Positions 18,340-27,954 of a DNA stretch of 64,000 nt are shown piece by piece. The position numbers and the translations under genes were made by a program. How positions within the stretch are numbered: position 1 is the stretch's first letter; the number at the start of each line of letters is the position of its first letter. The stretch is from Chthoniobacteraceae bacterium (GTDB lineage Bacteria; Verrucomicrobiota; Verrucomicrobiia; Chthoniobacterales; Chthoniobacteraceae), in the NCBI GenBank assembly GCA_037190965.1, contig JBBCKI010000045.1, positions 1 to 64,000 of the forward strand. The letters run 5' to 3'. Under the pieces are notes generated by a model. The model ran no database searches and was not told the DNA's origin. It worked only from the letters and a program-made list of their open reading frames with translations.

Positions 18340-19737
18340 TTAAGCCAACTGGAACTGAGGGGTGCTCATCATGAGCCTCATAAGCTCCGCGACGCTCGCC
18401 TCGGTGATGGTTTTATTCTGGAGAAAATCGACAAACGAAGCCGTCTCGCGCGGCGTGATCGGGGCTTGAAAAAGCCGCAAGGCAAGGGCGTCCACCACGG
18501 CTTCCGGATCTCCTCGGAGATCCTGCGGGATCGCCCTCAAGACCCGGGCTCCGACAGCCCGGTTGCCGGTGAGCGTCGCGGTAAAGTTGTACCTCGCGAG
18601 CAGCGTTGCCGTGGTGATCCAGGCCTTGCCTCCATCCCAGCCTGCGACGTTGGGCGGCATGAAGGGAACCTGCCCGAGTTCGCGAAGGATGCCAACCATG
18701 GCACCCCGTCTGGGCAGGTCGGTCTCCAACATCTTGGCGAGGCTCACCAGCCATTGCGTGGGGCTCTTGATCTGCGTCCGCATCGCCCGCTTGGAATAGA
18801 ACTCCTCGCTTCGGAACAACACGCGCAGAACCGGGCGCATTTCGTAGCCGCTCCGGGTCAGTTCCTCCGCCAGCGAGGAGACCATTGCAGGAGAGGGATC
18901 GCCATAGGCAAAGAAGGCGCAGAGCTTCCTGGCGATAAACCGCGCGCAGGCCGGTTGCTCCAAAAGAATCGCAATGATGGCATCGCCGTCGAAAGCTCCC
19001 TTGCGTCCGAGGAAAGATTTCTCCGCGTCATCGTGCTGAAGCGGCGCGAAGCGGAACGACTGATCGGCCGGGTTGATCCTGTATCCGGTGAACGCACGGG
19101 CCGCCGCCTGCACATCCTCCTCGGTATAGTTCCCCACCCCGAGCGTGAAGAGCTCCAGCATCTCGCGGGCGAAATTCTCGTTGGGACGATAAGAGAGGCT
19201 CTTGTCCCCATCCAGCCAGATCAGCATCGCGGGGTCGCGCAGGATCGCCTGGAGCATCGCGCTGAAGTTCCCGAACGCGTGCCGGCGCAACGTTTCGTTC
19301 TGCAACCACAGGTAATAGGGATCCCTCACTTTTTGCGCGCTGGTCGCGAAGTGCCCATGCCAGAAAAGCGTCAGCTTCTCCTGGAGCGGATTGGGCGTCT
19401 GCCGCATCCGCCGCATCCACCATTCCACAAGCTCTCCGAGCAACTGGCGATCCCTCTTCTGCGCCTGCCGACGCATCACGATTTTGGCATCTTCCTTTAA
19501 GGCTTTTCGCTCCTGCTGAAGCACGACGAGATTGCGCGGTTGCGCCCAGCCGGGGCGGGGGAAGAGCGCGGAATCCTCCGGGGCGCAAAGCAGCGACTCC
19601 ACGGCCCCGTCCAGCCCGAGGCAAAACAATGTTTCAACCTCTCCGGGAGAACCGCCGAAACCCGCGCGGTTGAGAAGATGGGCCGCCTTGGGATAATCCC
19701 ATGCGGCGGTTTTTAAGGGTGCCAAGGGGGAAAGCAT
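18340..19737 (-). CDS. DUF1800 domain protein
   Basis: 'HLLNRAGFG', 'LFWHGHF', 'PAML.WLD', 'NENFAREMLELFTLG', 'PPNVAGW'. Confidence 0.9.
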   Translation of the reverse strand: MLSPLAPLKTAAWDYPKAAHLLNRAGFGGSPGEVETLFCLGLDGAVESLLCAPEDSALFPRPGWAQPRNLVVLQQERKALKEDAKIVMRRQAQKRDRQLLGELVEWWMRRMRQTPNPLQEKLTLFWHGHFATSAQKVRDPYYLWLQNETLRRHAFGNFSAMLQAILRDPAMLIWLDGDKSLSYRPNENFAREMLELFTLGVGNYTEEDVQAAARAFTGYRINPADQSFRFAPLQHDDAEKSFLGRKGAFDGDAIIAILLEQPACARFIARKLCAFFAYGDPSPAMVSSLAEELTRSGYEMRPVLRVLFRSEEFYSKRAMRTQIKSPTQWLVSLAKMLETDLPRRGAMVGILRELGQVPFMPPNVAGWDGGKAWITTATLLARYNFTATLTGNRAVGARVLRAIPQDLRGDPEAVVDALALRLFQAPITPRETASFVDFLQNKTITEASVAELMRLMMSTPQFQLA

Positions 19738-19854
19738 CCCCGGTTAAACGACTGCCGGAAAGAAAAGTTGCACCCGTTTCCAGAACCGCCCAATCTTCCG
19801 TCGCTGCCAGGTCAGTTGCCAAACCGGCAAAACAAGGGCAGCGTTCCCCATTCC

Positions 19855-21234
19855 ATGAGATTCCTGAACCTCACGCGCCAAACCGAGATCGGCGCGAATT
19901 GTTACGCACTCGAAATCGACGGCAAACGGATCGTGCTCGACAGCGGGCTGCATCCCCGGCTGGAGGGCTTCGAAGCGTTGCCCGACTTCTCCCTCCTGCC
20001 TGACGATTCGGTGGACGCCATTCTTCTTTCCCACGCCCACCAGGATCACGTCGGCTCCATGCCGGTGCTGATGCGGCGCCATCCCCGGGCGCGCGTTTTT
20101 GCGACGGAAGCCACACGCCAGATCTCCGACGTGATGCTGCATAACTCCGTAAACGTCATGCTGCGGCTGCGCGAAGACCGGGGGATTACCAGCTACCCGC
20201 TCTTCACGCATCGGGAGGTGGACATCACCGGCAAGCGGTGGCAGTCGGTGTCGCTCGGGCAACGCTGGAACTTCGAAGGCGAACGGCTTGCGCACAACGA
20301 GGAAGCGCCGTTGAGCTTCGAGTTTTTCGACGCCGGGCATATCCTGGGTTCCACGGGAATGCTGATCCGGGGAGAAGGCCGGACGATTTTTTACACAGGG
20401 GATGTTAACTTTGAAGACCAGACCCTCTCCCGGGGTGCGAGCTTCCCGGAGGAAGCGCTCGATGTCGTCATCATCGAAACCACCCGGGGCGACTCCCCCA
20501 CCCCCGATGGCGCCACCCGCGCGAGCGAAGAAAAACGGCTGGCGGAGGCGCTTACCGCAGCCTTCGAGGGCGACGGATCGATCCTGATCCCCGTCTTTGC
20601 CCTGGGCAAAACCCAGGAGTTGCTGGCCATCTTTGCGAGCCTGCAAAGTCAACGCCTGCTGCCGCGCGGCTTCCCCGTTTACATTGGCGGTCTGAGTTCC
20701 AAGCTGACGGAAATCTACGACAAGCATGCGCGCCACTGGCCCCGCCAGAAACCGGATCTCCAGCTGCTCGACACCGTCTCGCCCTATGTCGTCGGGGGCC
20801 GGGATGTCGGCGAGCTTCCTCTAAAACGCGGACGCGTCTACGCCCTCACCAGCGGCATGATGACGGAAAAGACTCTCTCCAACGTCTTCGGCTCCCGGAT
20901 GATCACCGATCCCGCTCACAACCTCTTCTTCATCGGGTATGCCGACCCGGCATCGCCCGGCGGCCGGATCAGAACCACGCCACGGGGAACTCCGGTGCAA
21001 CTCGATGCCGACGCCCCCGCATTGCCGCTGGAAGCGAATGTCCAGACGTTCAACCTGAGCGCCCATGCCTCGCGGGAGAGCATCCGGGCATGGCTCAACA
21101 AAACCGCGCCCAAAAAGATCATTCTCGTTCACGGCGACCCCGCCGCCGTTGAATGGTTCCGGCAGACCTTGAGCACTGATCTCCCGGGGAGCGAAATCAT
21201 CGTCCCAACGCCGGGGGAAACGCTGGAAATCTAA
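19855..21234 (+). CDS. Metallo-beta-lactamase / beta-CASP nuclease (YSH1/CPSF-like)
   Basis: 'SHAHQDH', 'AGHILG', 'YTGD', 'IPVFALGKTQE', 'SAH', 'VHGD'. Confidence 0.9.
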   Translation: MRFLNLTRQTEIGANCYALEIDGKRIVLDSGLHPRLEGFEALPDFSLLPDDSVDAILLSHAHQDHVGSMPVLMRRHPRARVFATEATRQISDVMLHNSVNVMLRLREDRGITSYPLFTHREVDITGKRWQSVSLGQRWNFEGERLAHNEEAPLSFEFFDAGHILGSTGMLIRGEGRTIFYTGDVNFEDQTLSRGASFPEEALDVVIIETTRGDSPTPDGATRASEEKRLAEALTAAFEGDGSILIPVFALGKTQELLAIFASLQSQRLLPRGFPVYIGGLSSKLTEIYDKHARHWPRQKPDLQLLDTVSPYVVGGRDVGELPLKRGRVYALTSGMMTEKTLSNVFGSRMITDPAHNLFFIGYADPASPGGRIRTTPRGTPVQLDADAPALPLEANVQTFNLSAHASRESIRAWLNKTAPKKIILVHGDPAAVEWFRQTLSTDLPGSEIIVPTPGETLEI

Positions 21235-21390
21235 TGGTGCGGCAGCAGCGGCAGCCCGCTCTCGCCGAGGGCGCGGGCATCGGCTCCCTTCATGAGGGTC
21301 GCATCCCCACAATATCAGCCCGTCCTGCGGGGATGGACGTCAAACGCGGGCTCTTCACCGATCCCGCGCTCTCGGCGAGAGCGGACTACC
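21234..21390 (+). repeat. Full GTAG-REP/REPIN-like element
   Basis: Left arm GGCAGCCCGCTCTCGCCGAGGGCGCGGG (21250-21277), right arm CCCGCGCTCTCGGCGAGAGCGGACTACC (21363-21390), conserved core CTTCATGAGGG.CGCATCC...AGCCCGTCCTGCGGGGATG. Confidence 0.85.
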
Positions 21391-21487
21391 CACCCTCCAA
21401 TGCCAATTCCACTCCGGGAGGAAGTTAACGAATTCGTAACACGATTGCCATGGGGTCTTCAAATTGGCCCTGTAGCAGTCGTGGGTA

Positions 21488-22279
21488 ATGAGTACATCCA
21501 TTGCGGTTGCCGCCCCATCCGTTGCCGATCGGCTTTCAAATTCCCGGGTTCAACAACTCTATCGCCTGCGGCTTGCAAGCACGGCAAGCGACGTCGTGGC
21601 GGCCCAACGCTTGCGGTTTCAGGTTTTCAATATGGAGCTGGGCGAAGGACTTGCCGCTGCCTACCTCAATGGATTGGATGCCGATCGCTTTGACGAAGTT
21701 TGCGATCATCTTCTGGTGGAGGAGGTTTCCACCGGGACGCTTGCCGGCACCTACCGGCTTCAGACCGGCACACGCGCCATGAGTGAAGGGGGATTCTATA
21801 GCGCGCAGGAGTTTGATTTCGAGCCTTTGATCGCCCCGGCGGGGCGCGTTGCTGAAATGGTGGAACTGGGCCGGGCCTGCGTGCATCGCCAGCACCGCAA
21901 TCTGGTTGTCCTTGGCCTTCTCTGGAAAGGCATCGCCACCTACGCCAAGGAGCGGGGAGGCCGGTATCTGGTTGGCTGCTCGTCGGTGAACTCTCAAAGC
22001 CCCACCGAGGGAATCGCTCTCTACGAAACCTTGAAACAACGGTTTCTGGCTCCCGAAGCGTGGCAGACGCGCCCGCTGCCGGGCTTTGAGTGCCAGGCGG
22101 CAGACCCGTTACCGGCACCGCTGCGCCCGCCCAAGCTGATGAGCGCCTACTTCTCCATCGGCGCAAAGATCTGCGGGCCTCCGGCCCTCGATACCGAGTT
22201 CCGGACGATCGACTTTTTGACGTTGCTCGATTTGCAAGCGCTCCCTGCCAGTGTCGCCAGCCGGTACGATCTTCGATGA
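21488..22279 (+). CDS. olsB: GNAT N-acyltransferase, OlsB-like (ornithine-acyl-ACP N-acyltransferase)
   Basis: 'AQRLRFQVF..E', 'D.DRFDEVCDHL', 'GTYRL', 'ELGRACVH', 'GCSS', 'GAKICGPPA.D.EF...DF'. Confidence 0.8.
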   Translation: MSTSIAVAAPSVADRLSNSRVQQLYRLRLASTASDVVAAQRLRFQVFNMELGEGLAAAYLNGLDADRFDEVCDHLLVEEVSTGTLAGTYRLQTGTRAMSEGGFYSAQEFDFEPLIAPAGRVAEMVELGRACVHRQHRNLVVLGLLWKGIATYAKERGGRYLVGCSSVNSQSPTEGIALYETLKQRFLAPEAWQTRPLPGFECQAADPLPAPLRPPKLMSAYFSIGAKICGPPALDTEFRTIDFLTLLDLQALPASVASRYDLR

Positions 22280-23055
22280 TTCGCCTCCCGAAACATCCCG
22301 CCAGGGTAGCGTGGCGCGGTTTGGTTCTCACGGGGACGTTGCTTCTGGCGGGGCTGGACTACCTCGTCACCATTCAATGCCCGGGCCATTCCGGTTCGAT
22401 TCCAGCCAGGGCGCGGTGGATGCAGCGGCAGGCGCGCCGGTTGCTGCGGGCTCTTGCCGTTGAACCGATTTACCATGGGGATTTCCCCACGGAAGGAATG
22501 TTGGTGAGCAATCACATCAGTTACCTGGATATTCTCGTCTTTGGGGCGCGTCATCCGCTCGTGTTTGTCTCCAAAGCAGAGGTTGCCCGGTGGCCGGTCT
22601 TTGGCCTCCTTTCGCGCCTTGCGGGGACACTGTTTGTCCGGCGGGAAATGCGATCGGATGTTTCCCGAATCTCCGGAGAGATGCCCGCAGTCGTGGAGTC
22701 CGGAGTGGTGCTCGCCTTCTTCCCGGAAGGAACCTCCACAAGCGGAGCCAGCGTCCTTCCATTCCGAACCGCCCTCATGGCCCCTGCGGTGGAAAACAAC
22801 TGGCGGGTCACCCCGGCCGCGATTCGTTACCGGCTTGAACCCGGCGACGGGTATACGGAGTACGATGTGGCCTACTGGGGCAACATGGTATTCGGGCCGC
22901 ACCTGCTGGCGCTTCTGGGCAAACGCCGGGTTTACGCGAGGGTTCAATATGGCGAGGCGGACCTCTCGGGTGGAGATCGGCGCGTACTGGCCACTCGGCT
23001 TCACCACAAGGTAAGCGGTTTATTGCCGGATGAGCCTGTCCCCTATTCGATCTGA
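22276..23055 (+). CDS. Lysophospholipid acyltransferase, OlsA-like
   Basis: 'SNHISYLD', 'FVSKAEV..WP', 'FFPEGT'; ATGA overlap with olsB. Confidence 0.8.
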   Translation: MIRLPKHPARVAWRGLVLTGTLLLAGLDYLVTIQCPGHSGSIPARARWMQRQARRLLRALAVEPIYHGDFPTEGMLVSNHISYLDILVFGARHPLVFVSKAEVARWPVFGLLSRLAGTLFVRREMRSDVSRISGEMPAVVESGVVLAFFPEGTSTSGASVLPFRTALMAPAVENNWRVTPAAIRYRLEPGDGYTEYDVAYWGNMVFGPHLLALLGKRRVYARVQYGEADLSGGDRRVLATRLHHKVSGLLPDEPVPYSI

Positions 23056-23126
23056 AAAAGCGGTGTTTCCCCGATCAGATCGGAATTGACGTCGTTTGTG
23101 ACGCCAAATAGGCATGCACGACGCTT

Positions 23127-24395
23127 ATGACACCTCCGCAACTGTCTGTTCTTTTCTTCATGCAGATGTTCTGCATTCTCGCCGCCTGTCGGGTGGTGGG
23201 ATGGGCGGCACGACGCATCGGGCAACCGCAGGTGGTGGGCGAAATGATCGCGGGCGTTTTGCTCGGGCCATCCTTGTTCGGTCTCCTTTGGCCGGAAGGG
23301 CAGGCGGCGCTTTTTCCCAAGGAAACGCTCAAGGTCCTTTATGTCGGAGCGCAACTCGGGGCGGGGCTCTACATGTTTCTGGTTGGTCTCGACTTCAAAA
23401 CGGAGCTTTTCCGAAATCGGGCGAAGAGCGCCGCCTCTGTGTCACTGGCGGGAATGCTGGTGCCCTTCGTACTCGGCGCGGGCATGACTCTCTGGCTTAC
23501 CAAGGTACCAGGGCTCTTCCCGGAAAAAACACGCCCCTTCGAGGCGGCCCTCTTTCTCGCCGCGGCCATGTCGATCACGGCCTTTCCAATGCTGGCTCGG
23601 ATCATCCACGAGCGAGGCCTTACCGGGACGGCTCTTGGCACCCTGGCGCTGGCGGCGGGGGCCATCGACGACGCGGCGGCGTGGTGCGTCCTTGCCATTG
23701 TGTTGGCCAGCTTCGGTGACGGCCCGCTGGTGGCCGTCAAAGCTATTGCAGGCGGCGTCGCCTACGCGACACTCATGGTGTGGGTGGCCCCCAAACTGCT
23801 CGCGCCTCTCGGCCGGATCGCGGAGCGGGAGAAAGCCATCACCCCGTCACTGCTCGGGATCGTGCTGATGCTCTTTTCTCTCGGTGCATGGGCGATGGAT
23901 TCCATCGGCATTCATGCCGTCTTCGGCGGTTTTCTCCTTGGCATTGCGATGCCCCGCGGCGTTTTTGCGGCTCATCTGCGGCGGCAGTTGGAGCCGTTCG
24001 TCGTGGTCTTCCTGCTTCCGATGTTCTTCACCTACTCCGGGCTTAACACCCGGTTGGATATGGTCAACAGCCCCATGCTTTTACTCGTCGCGCTGGCGGT
24101 GCTCGCCGTCGCCATCATCGGCAAAGGGGTCGCCTGCTGGGCGGCTGCCCGCATCAATGGCGAAGACAATGCGACCGCCATGGCGGTCGGGACTTTGATG
24201 AACGCGCGCGGGCTGATGGAGCTCATCATCCTGAATATCGGACTTCAGAAGGGCGTCATCGGGCTCCCGCTCTTCGCCATCATGGTTCTAATGGCCATCG
24301 TGACGACCCTGATGGCTTCACCGCTCTTTGAACTCGTTTACGGGAGAAAAGCACGCGCCAAGGGCGAACTAACCCAGGTACCGGCGGAGGTGTAG
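23127..24395 (+). CDS. Cation:proton antiporter (CPA2 / Na_H_Exchanger)
   Basis: 'QPQVVGEMIAGVLLGPS', 'SITAFP.LARI', 'AIDD', 'MNARGLMELI'. Confidence 0.9.
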   Translation: MTPPQLSVLFFMQMFCILAACRVVGWAARRIGQPQVVGEMIAGVLLGPSLFGLLWPEGQAALFPKETLKVLYVGAQLGAGLYMFLVGLDFKTELFRNRAKSAASVSLAGMLVPFVLGAGMTLWLTKVPGLFPEKTRPFEAALFLAAAMSITAFPMLARIIHERGLTGTALGTLALAAGAIDDAAAWCVLAIVLASFGDGPLVAVKAIAGGVAYATLMVWVAPKLLAPLGRIAEREKAITPSLLGIVLMLFSLGAWAMDSIGIHAVFGGFLLGIAMPRGVFAAHLRRQLEPFVVVFLLPMFFTYSGLNTRLDMVNSPMLLLVALAVLAVAIIGKGVACWAAARINGEDNATAMAVGTLMNARGLMELIILNIGLQKGVIGLPLFAIMVLMAIVTTLMASPLFELVYGRKARAKGELTQVPAEV

Positions 24396-24498
24396 CAGGA
24401 AGAGCACATGTGACGATTGAGCCCGTTTCCATCCCTATTTAGACTTCTTTCTCCGTTCAAGCAGCGGAGAAAGATATCCCGGGTTAAAACCAGTGTAA

Positions 24499-24643
24499 GG
24501 GATGAACGCCTGATGCGCCTCGACATCTTCTCCCGCGCTCTCGGCGAGAGCGGACTACCTTTCTTCAAACGAAGCGATCTGAAACTCGGTGGCGCGGCAG
24601 CGCCGGTAGTCCGCTCGCGCCGCCGAGCGCGGGCATCGGCTCC
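24499..24643 (+). repeat. Back-to-back halves (right arm, then left arm) of the REPIN-like element
   Basis: TCCCGCGCTCTCGGCGAGAGCGGACTACC (24531-24559), then GGCGCGGCAGCGCCGGTAGTCCGCTCGCGCCGCCGAGCGCGGGCATCGGCTCC. Confidence 0.8.
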
Positions 24644-24748
24644 AGTTGCATTCCGTCAGATATAAGGCTCAGCAGAACAAAGGCCGATGATATGACCTTC
24701 TTCATGGCTGTAAGTGTTGCGGAATTGGTCAACGTTCAAGGTGAAGCA

Positions 24749-25006
24749 TCACTCGTAATCGTCGTAGAAACAGTCGCACGTGATCGCCTGCCCGCCACAG
24801 CGTGGGCATGGCTCAAGGTCGCAGCCAATCTGATGCAGATTGCCGCGTGGGACACCGCAGTCATCGCATGTCGGAAAGTCCAAGTCATCGTCACCGGCGC
24901 CATAGGGCACCCGGTCAAACTCCCGTGAATTGATGACAAACTGAGTCGGGTCAACGAGTGGCTTCCGGTTGCCGTGCCATCTTGGTTCCTTGGAATTCCA
25001 GCTCAT
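24749..25006 (-). CDS. Small Cys-rich putative metal-binding protein (85 aa)
   Basis: 'CDDCGV..G..H..GCD.E.CPRCGGQ.I.CDC'; start taken at ATG 25006. Confidence 0.7.
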   Translation of the reverse strand: MSWNSKEPRWHGNRKPLVDPTQFVINSREFDRVPYGAGDDDLDFPTCDDCGVPRGNLHQIGCDLEPCPRCGGQAITCDCFYDDYE

Positions 25007-25150
25007 GATGAAAACGCAGGCGAGCGTTAGGATAATACTATGCAATCGATTCCATGCAAAAGCCGCAAAAATATTCCGCGTGAGAAAATGATGCGATAAT
25101 AGGCATACTGACTCGACTCGAAACGTCGCCAAAAGGCTATGTTCATAGCC

Positions 25151-25188
25151 AAAAACAACAGCCCGGGGAGGAATCCCTCCCCGGGCTG
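25151..25188 (-). terminator. Intrinsic terminator of the class-III aminotransferase gene
   Basis: 13-bp stem CAGCCCGGGGAGG/CCTCCCCGGGCTG, 4-nt loop, followed on the minus strand by TTGTTTTT. Confidence 0.85.
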
Positions 25189-25221
25189 AATCAACATCAG
25201 ACCATCAAGCTATCTAGCTGA

Positions 25222-26562
25222 CTAGGAAGCCTTCCACTCCTGCGCATGGCGGGCGAAGGCCCGTTCGGCGCGGTTGAGCGCGTCGTCCACGTCGGCTTCG
25301 GTGTGGGCGAGGCTCAGGAACCAGAGGCCGCGTTCGATGGCGCGGACGCCTTCTTCCAACAGGCAGCGGCGCAGGTGGCCCCAGCGCGGGGCATCATTGC
25401 GGGCGACGTAATCGCGGTAATCGCGCACGGCTCCTTCCGCCGCTCCAGCCTTCAGCATCACGGTGTGAAACACGAGGCCGGGGCCCTGCGGGCGAAGCGG
25501 CACGTTGTGGCGGGCGGCCAGTGCGGTGAGCCCGTCCATCAAGCGGCGTCCCAGTGCCTGGATCGTCGCAGGGTGCGAATCGCACTGCGCGGCGAGTTCG
25601 TCGAGGCACCACTTGCTGGCGGCCAGACAGAGCGGATTGGAGTTCAAAGTCCCGGCGTGAATCGACTCGCCGCTCAGGATCTTCTCAAAGGCGAACTTCT
25701 TGCCCGCCAGCGCGGCGAAGGGAACGCCGCCACCAATGGCTTTGCCGAGGATGGTGAGGTCGGGCGAATAACCGAGATATTTCTGCGCGCCACCGGGGCC
25801 GAAGCGGAAACCGGTGATCGTTTCGTCGGAAATCATCAGCATCCCGTCGCGGTCGCACAGTTCGCGAATCGTCTCCATCAGCCCCGCCACCGGCTCGATG
25901 CAGCAGGTGTTGCAAAGGACCGGTTCGAAGATGATGGCGCCAATTTGGCCGCGGAACTCGTCCACACGGCGGCGGAGGTGCTCCGGGTCGTTCCAGCGGG
26001 CGACGACAAAATGATCGAGCACTTCCGGGATCACGCCCTTGCTCGGGTGGAGGTTCGCGGGATGCTCGTCATCCCCCCAGCGATCGGGAGGCGTGCCGAA
26101 GCCGACGAGCCCTTCATCGCCCCAGCCGTGGTAATGCCCCTCGAACTTGAGGATCAGCGGGCGGCCCGTGTGGGCGCGCACGAGCCGGAACGCGGCGTTG
26201 ACCACCTCGGTGGCGGAGTTGTTGAAACGCACGTACTCCGCGCTCGGAATCATCGCGCAAAGACGCTCGGCGACGTCGATTTCCAGCGTGGACTGCGCGG
26301 CCCAGTGAGTCCCCTTGGCGGCCTGGTCTCCGATCGCCTTTGCCAACCCATCCGGAGCATGACCATAGAGGAGCGCCCCCTGCCCGGTCTGGAAGTCGAT
26401 GAACTCGTTCCCGTCTTCATCCCAAAGGCGGCATCCTTTGCCGTGGGTGAAGAACAGCGGAACCGGCTGTTCGAGTTTGCGGATGCTGCTGTTAACGCCA
26501 CCGGCAATGACCTCCGAGGCGCGTTCGTAAAGCTCTTTGGAGCGATTGAATGTGTATGGCAT
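25222..26562 (-). CDS. Class-III PLP aminotransferase, glutamate-1-semialdehyde aminomutase-like
   Basis: 'GGVNS', 'FEGHYHG', 'DETITGFR', 'GKAIGGG', 'HAGTLNSNP'. Confidence 0.85.
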   Translation of the reverse strand: MPYTFNRSKELYERASEVIAGGVNSSIRKLEQPVPLFFTHGKGCRLWDEDGNEFIDFQTGQGALLYGHAPDGLAKAIGDQAAKGTHWAAQSTLEIDVAERLCAMIPSAEYVRFNNSATEVVNAAFRLVRAHTGRPLILKFEGHYHGWGDEGLVGFGTPPDRWGDDEHPANLHPSKGVIPEVLDHFVVARWNDPEHLRRRVDEFRGQIGAIIFEPVLCNTCCIEPVAGLMETIRELCDRDGMLMISDETITGFRFGPGGAQKYLGYSPDLTILGKAIGGGVPFAALAGKKFAFEKILSGESIHAGTLNSNPLCLAASKWCLDELAAQCDSHPATIQALGRRLMDGLTALAARHNVPLRPQGPGLVFHTVMLKAGAAEGAVRDYRDYVARNDAPRWGHLRRCLLEEGVRAIERGLWFLSLAHTEADVDDALNRAERAFARHAQEWKAS

Positions 26563-26662
26563 TGGTACCTGAAATTTCTTATTTCGGAATTTCAATTTCA
26601 TCAATAGAAATTTCCCGCACCGGCTCTCGGAGGGAGCAGGACGGAAAATTTACGAAAAGAAA

Positions 26663-26808
26663 AATGGTGCGAGTTCGGCTCCCGTGGCTTCATGAGGGCC
26701 GCATCCCGACAACCAACAGCCCGTCATGCGGGGATGAACGCCAAACGCGGCTCGTAAACCGATCCCGCGCTCTCGGCGAGAGCGGTCTACCTAGCCGGTC
26801 CTCCAAAC
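26663..26808 (+). repeat. REPIN-like element lacking its left REP arm
   Basis: AATGGTGCG...TCGGCTCCCGTGGCTTCATGAGGGCCGCATCC...AGCCCGTCATGCGGGGATG...CCCGCGCTCTCGGCGAGAGCGGTCTACC...TCCTCCAAAC. Confidence 0.85.
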
Positions 26809-26820
26809 GTGCTGAATCCC

Positions 26821-27258
26821 TTAAGCCCTTTTTGTGCCGAACAATGCTCGGTCCAGCGAAAACCGCCCCGGCCCCACCGCGATCAGTAGCAGGGCGATGC
26901 AGAAATAGCCCGTCGCCAATTCGTAGGAAGGTCCTCCGCCCTTGGCGACAAAGGGATGCCCCCACATGATGGCATGGCTCACAAAAGCCACGATCATCGT
27001 CGCCGCAATGCCGAGCGAGGCCAGCGGGGTCAGGACACCCACAATCAGTACCAACCCGCCACCGAACTCCGCGAGAGCCGCAAGGGCTTGGAAAATTCCA
27101 GGAGCAAAGCCATCCTCCCCCATCCAACCAAACGGCTTCTGAATCTTTGGCCACCCGTGCAACATGAAGGCAACGCCCGTCACCACGCGGGTGAGAAGGA
27201 CGGAGATGTCTGAAAAGGTCGATAGTTGCGGTACTGAAAAGATTCTTTTAAGTGTCAT
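26821..27258 (-). CDS. DoxX family membrane protein
   Basis: 'R...G..F..HG..K', 'AEFGGG', 'YEL', 'GPGRFSLD'. Confidence 0.9.
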   Translation of the reverse strand: MTLKRIFSVPQLSTFSDISVLLTRVVTGVAFMLHGWPKIQKPFGWMGEDGFAPGIFQALAALAEFGGGLVLIVGVLTPLASLGIAATMIVAFVSHAIMWGHPFVAKGGGPSYELATGYFCIALLLIAVGPGRFSLDRALFGTKRA

Positions 27259-27336
27259 CCTTGATCATATAGCACAACTCACCCTCTTCGCCAGTCGTGT
27301 GCCTTTTGCGAAAAGGTAGGCACTCCACCCGTCGCA

Positions 27337-27954
27337 TCACTCAAGCTCAATCGCTGCGATGGCCGCCATGACACGGTCGCTCAAGCGCTGATAGAGTTCG
27401 GTACCGGTGGCTCCGGCGAGATCGGCTTCGGTGAAATGGATCGGCTCCCCGATGACGATCGTGATCGGGCTGGCGTGAAACTCCTTGCCGCTCGGCGGAA
27501 GCGCTTCATACGCGCCAAAGATGCGCATCGGCACAACAGGAGCGAGGGTTTTCGCAATGATCAGGCCCACTCCCGGCTGCCCGGGTTGAAGCTCGCCGTT
27601 GCGCGACCGCGTGCCCTCGGGAAAAAGAAGGGTGCCCCCACCCTGCCGGATCACGCGAATCAATATTTTGAGCGCGCTCATGTCGGCACCGGAGCGATCC
27701 ACCGGGATCACGTTCACCTTCGGCATGAGCTTCCCGACAACGGGCCATTTCAAAAGGCTGCGCCGCGCCAGAATGTGAAGCTCGCGCTTCGTGCTGATCC
27801 CCGCGAGGGGAGGATCCAGAAAACTCTGGTGGTTCATCGCCAGAATGGCGGGCCCTTTCTCGATCATCCGTTCCTGATGCACCACCCGGAACGAAAAGAA
27901 GAGACTTCCGAAGAATTTGAAGAGGTTATACCCCGTCTGGTAGTACGGATTCAT
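27337..27954 (-). CDS. plsC: 1-acyl-sn-glycerol-3-phosphate acyltransferase
   Basis: 'NHQSFLDP', 'FPEGTRS'; downstream of cmk. Confidence 0.85.
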   Translation of the reverse strand: MNPYYQTGYNLFKFFGSLFFSFRVVHQERMIEKGPAILAMNHQSFLDPPLAGISTKRELHILARRSLLKWPVVGKLMPKVNVIPVDRSGADMSALKILIRVIRQGGGTLLFPEGTRSRNGELQPGQPGVGLIIAKTLAPVVPMRIFGAYEALPPSGKEFHASPITIVIGEPIHFTEADLAGATGTELYQRLSDRVMAAIAAIELE

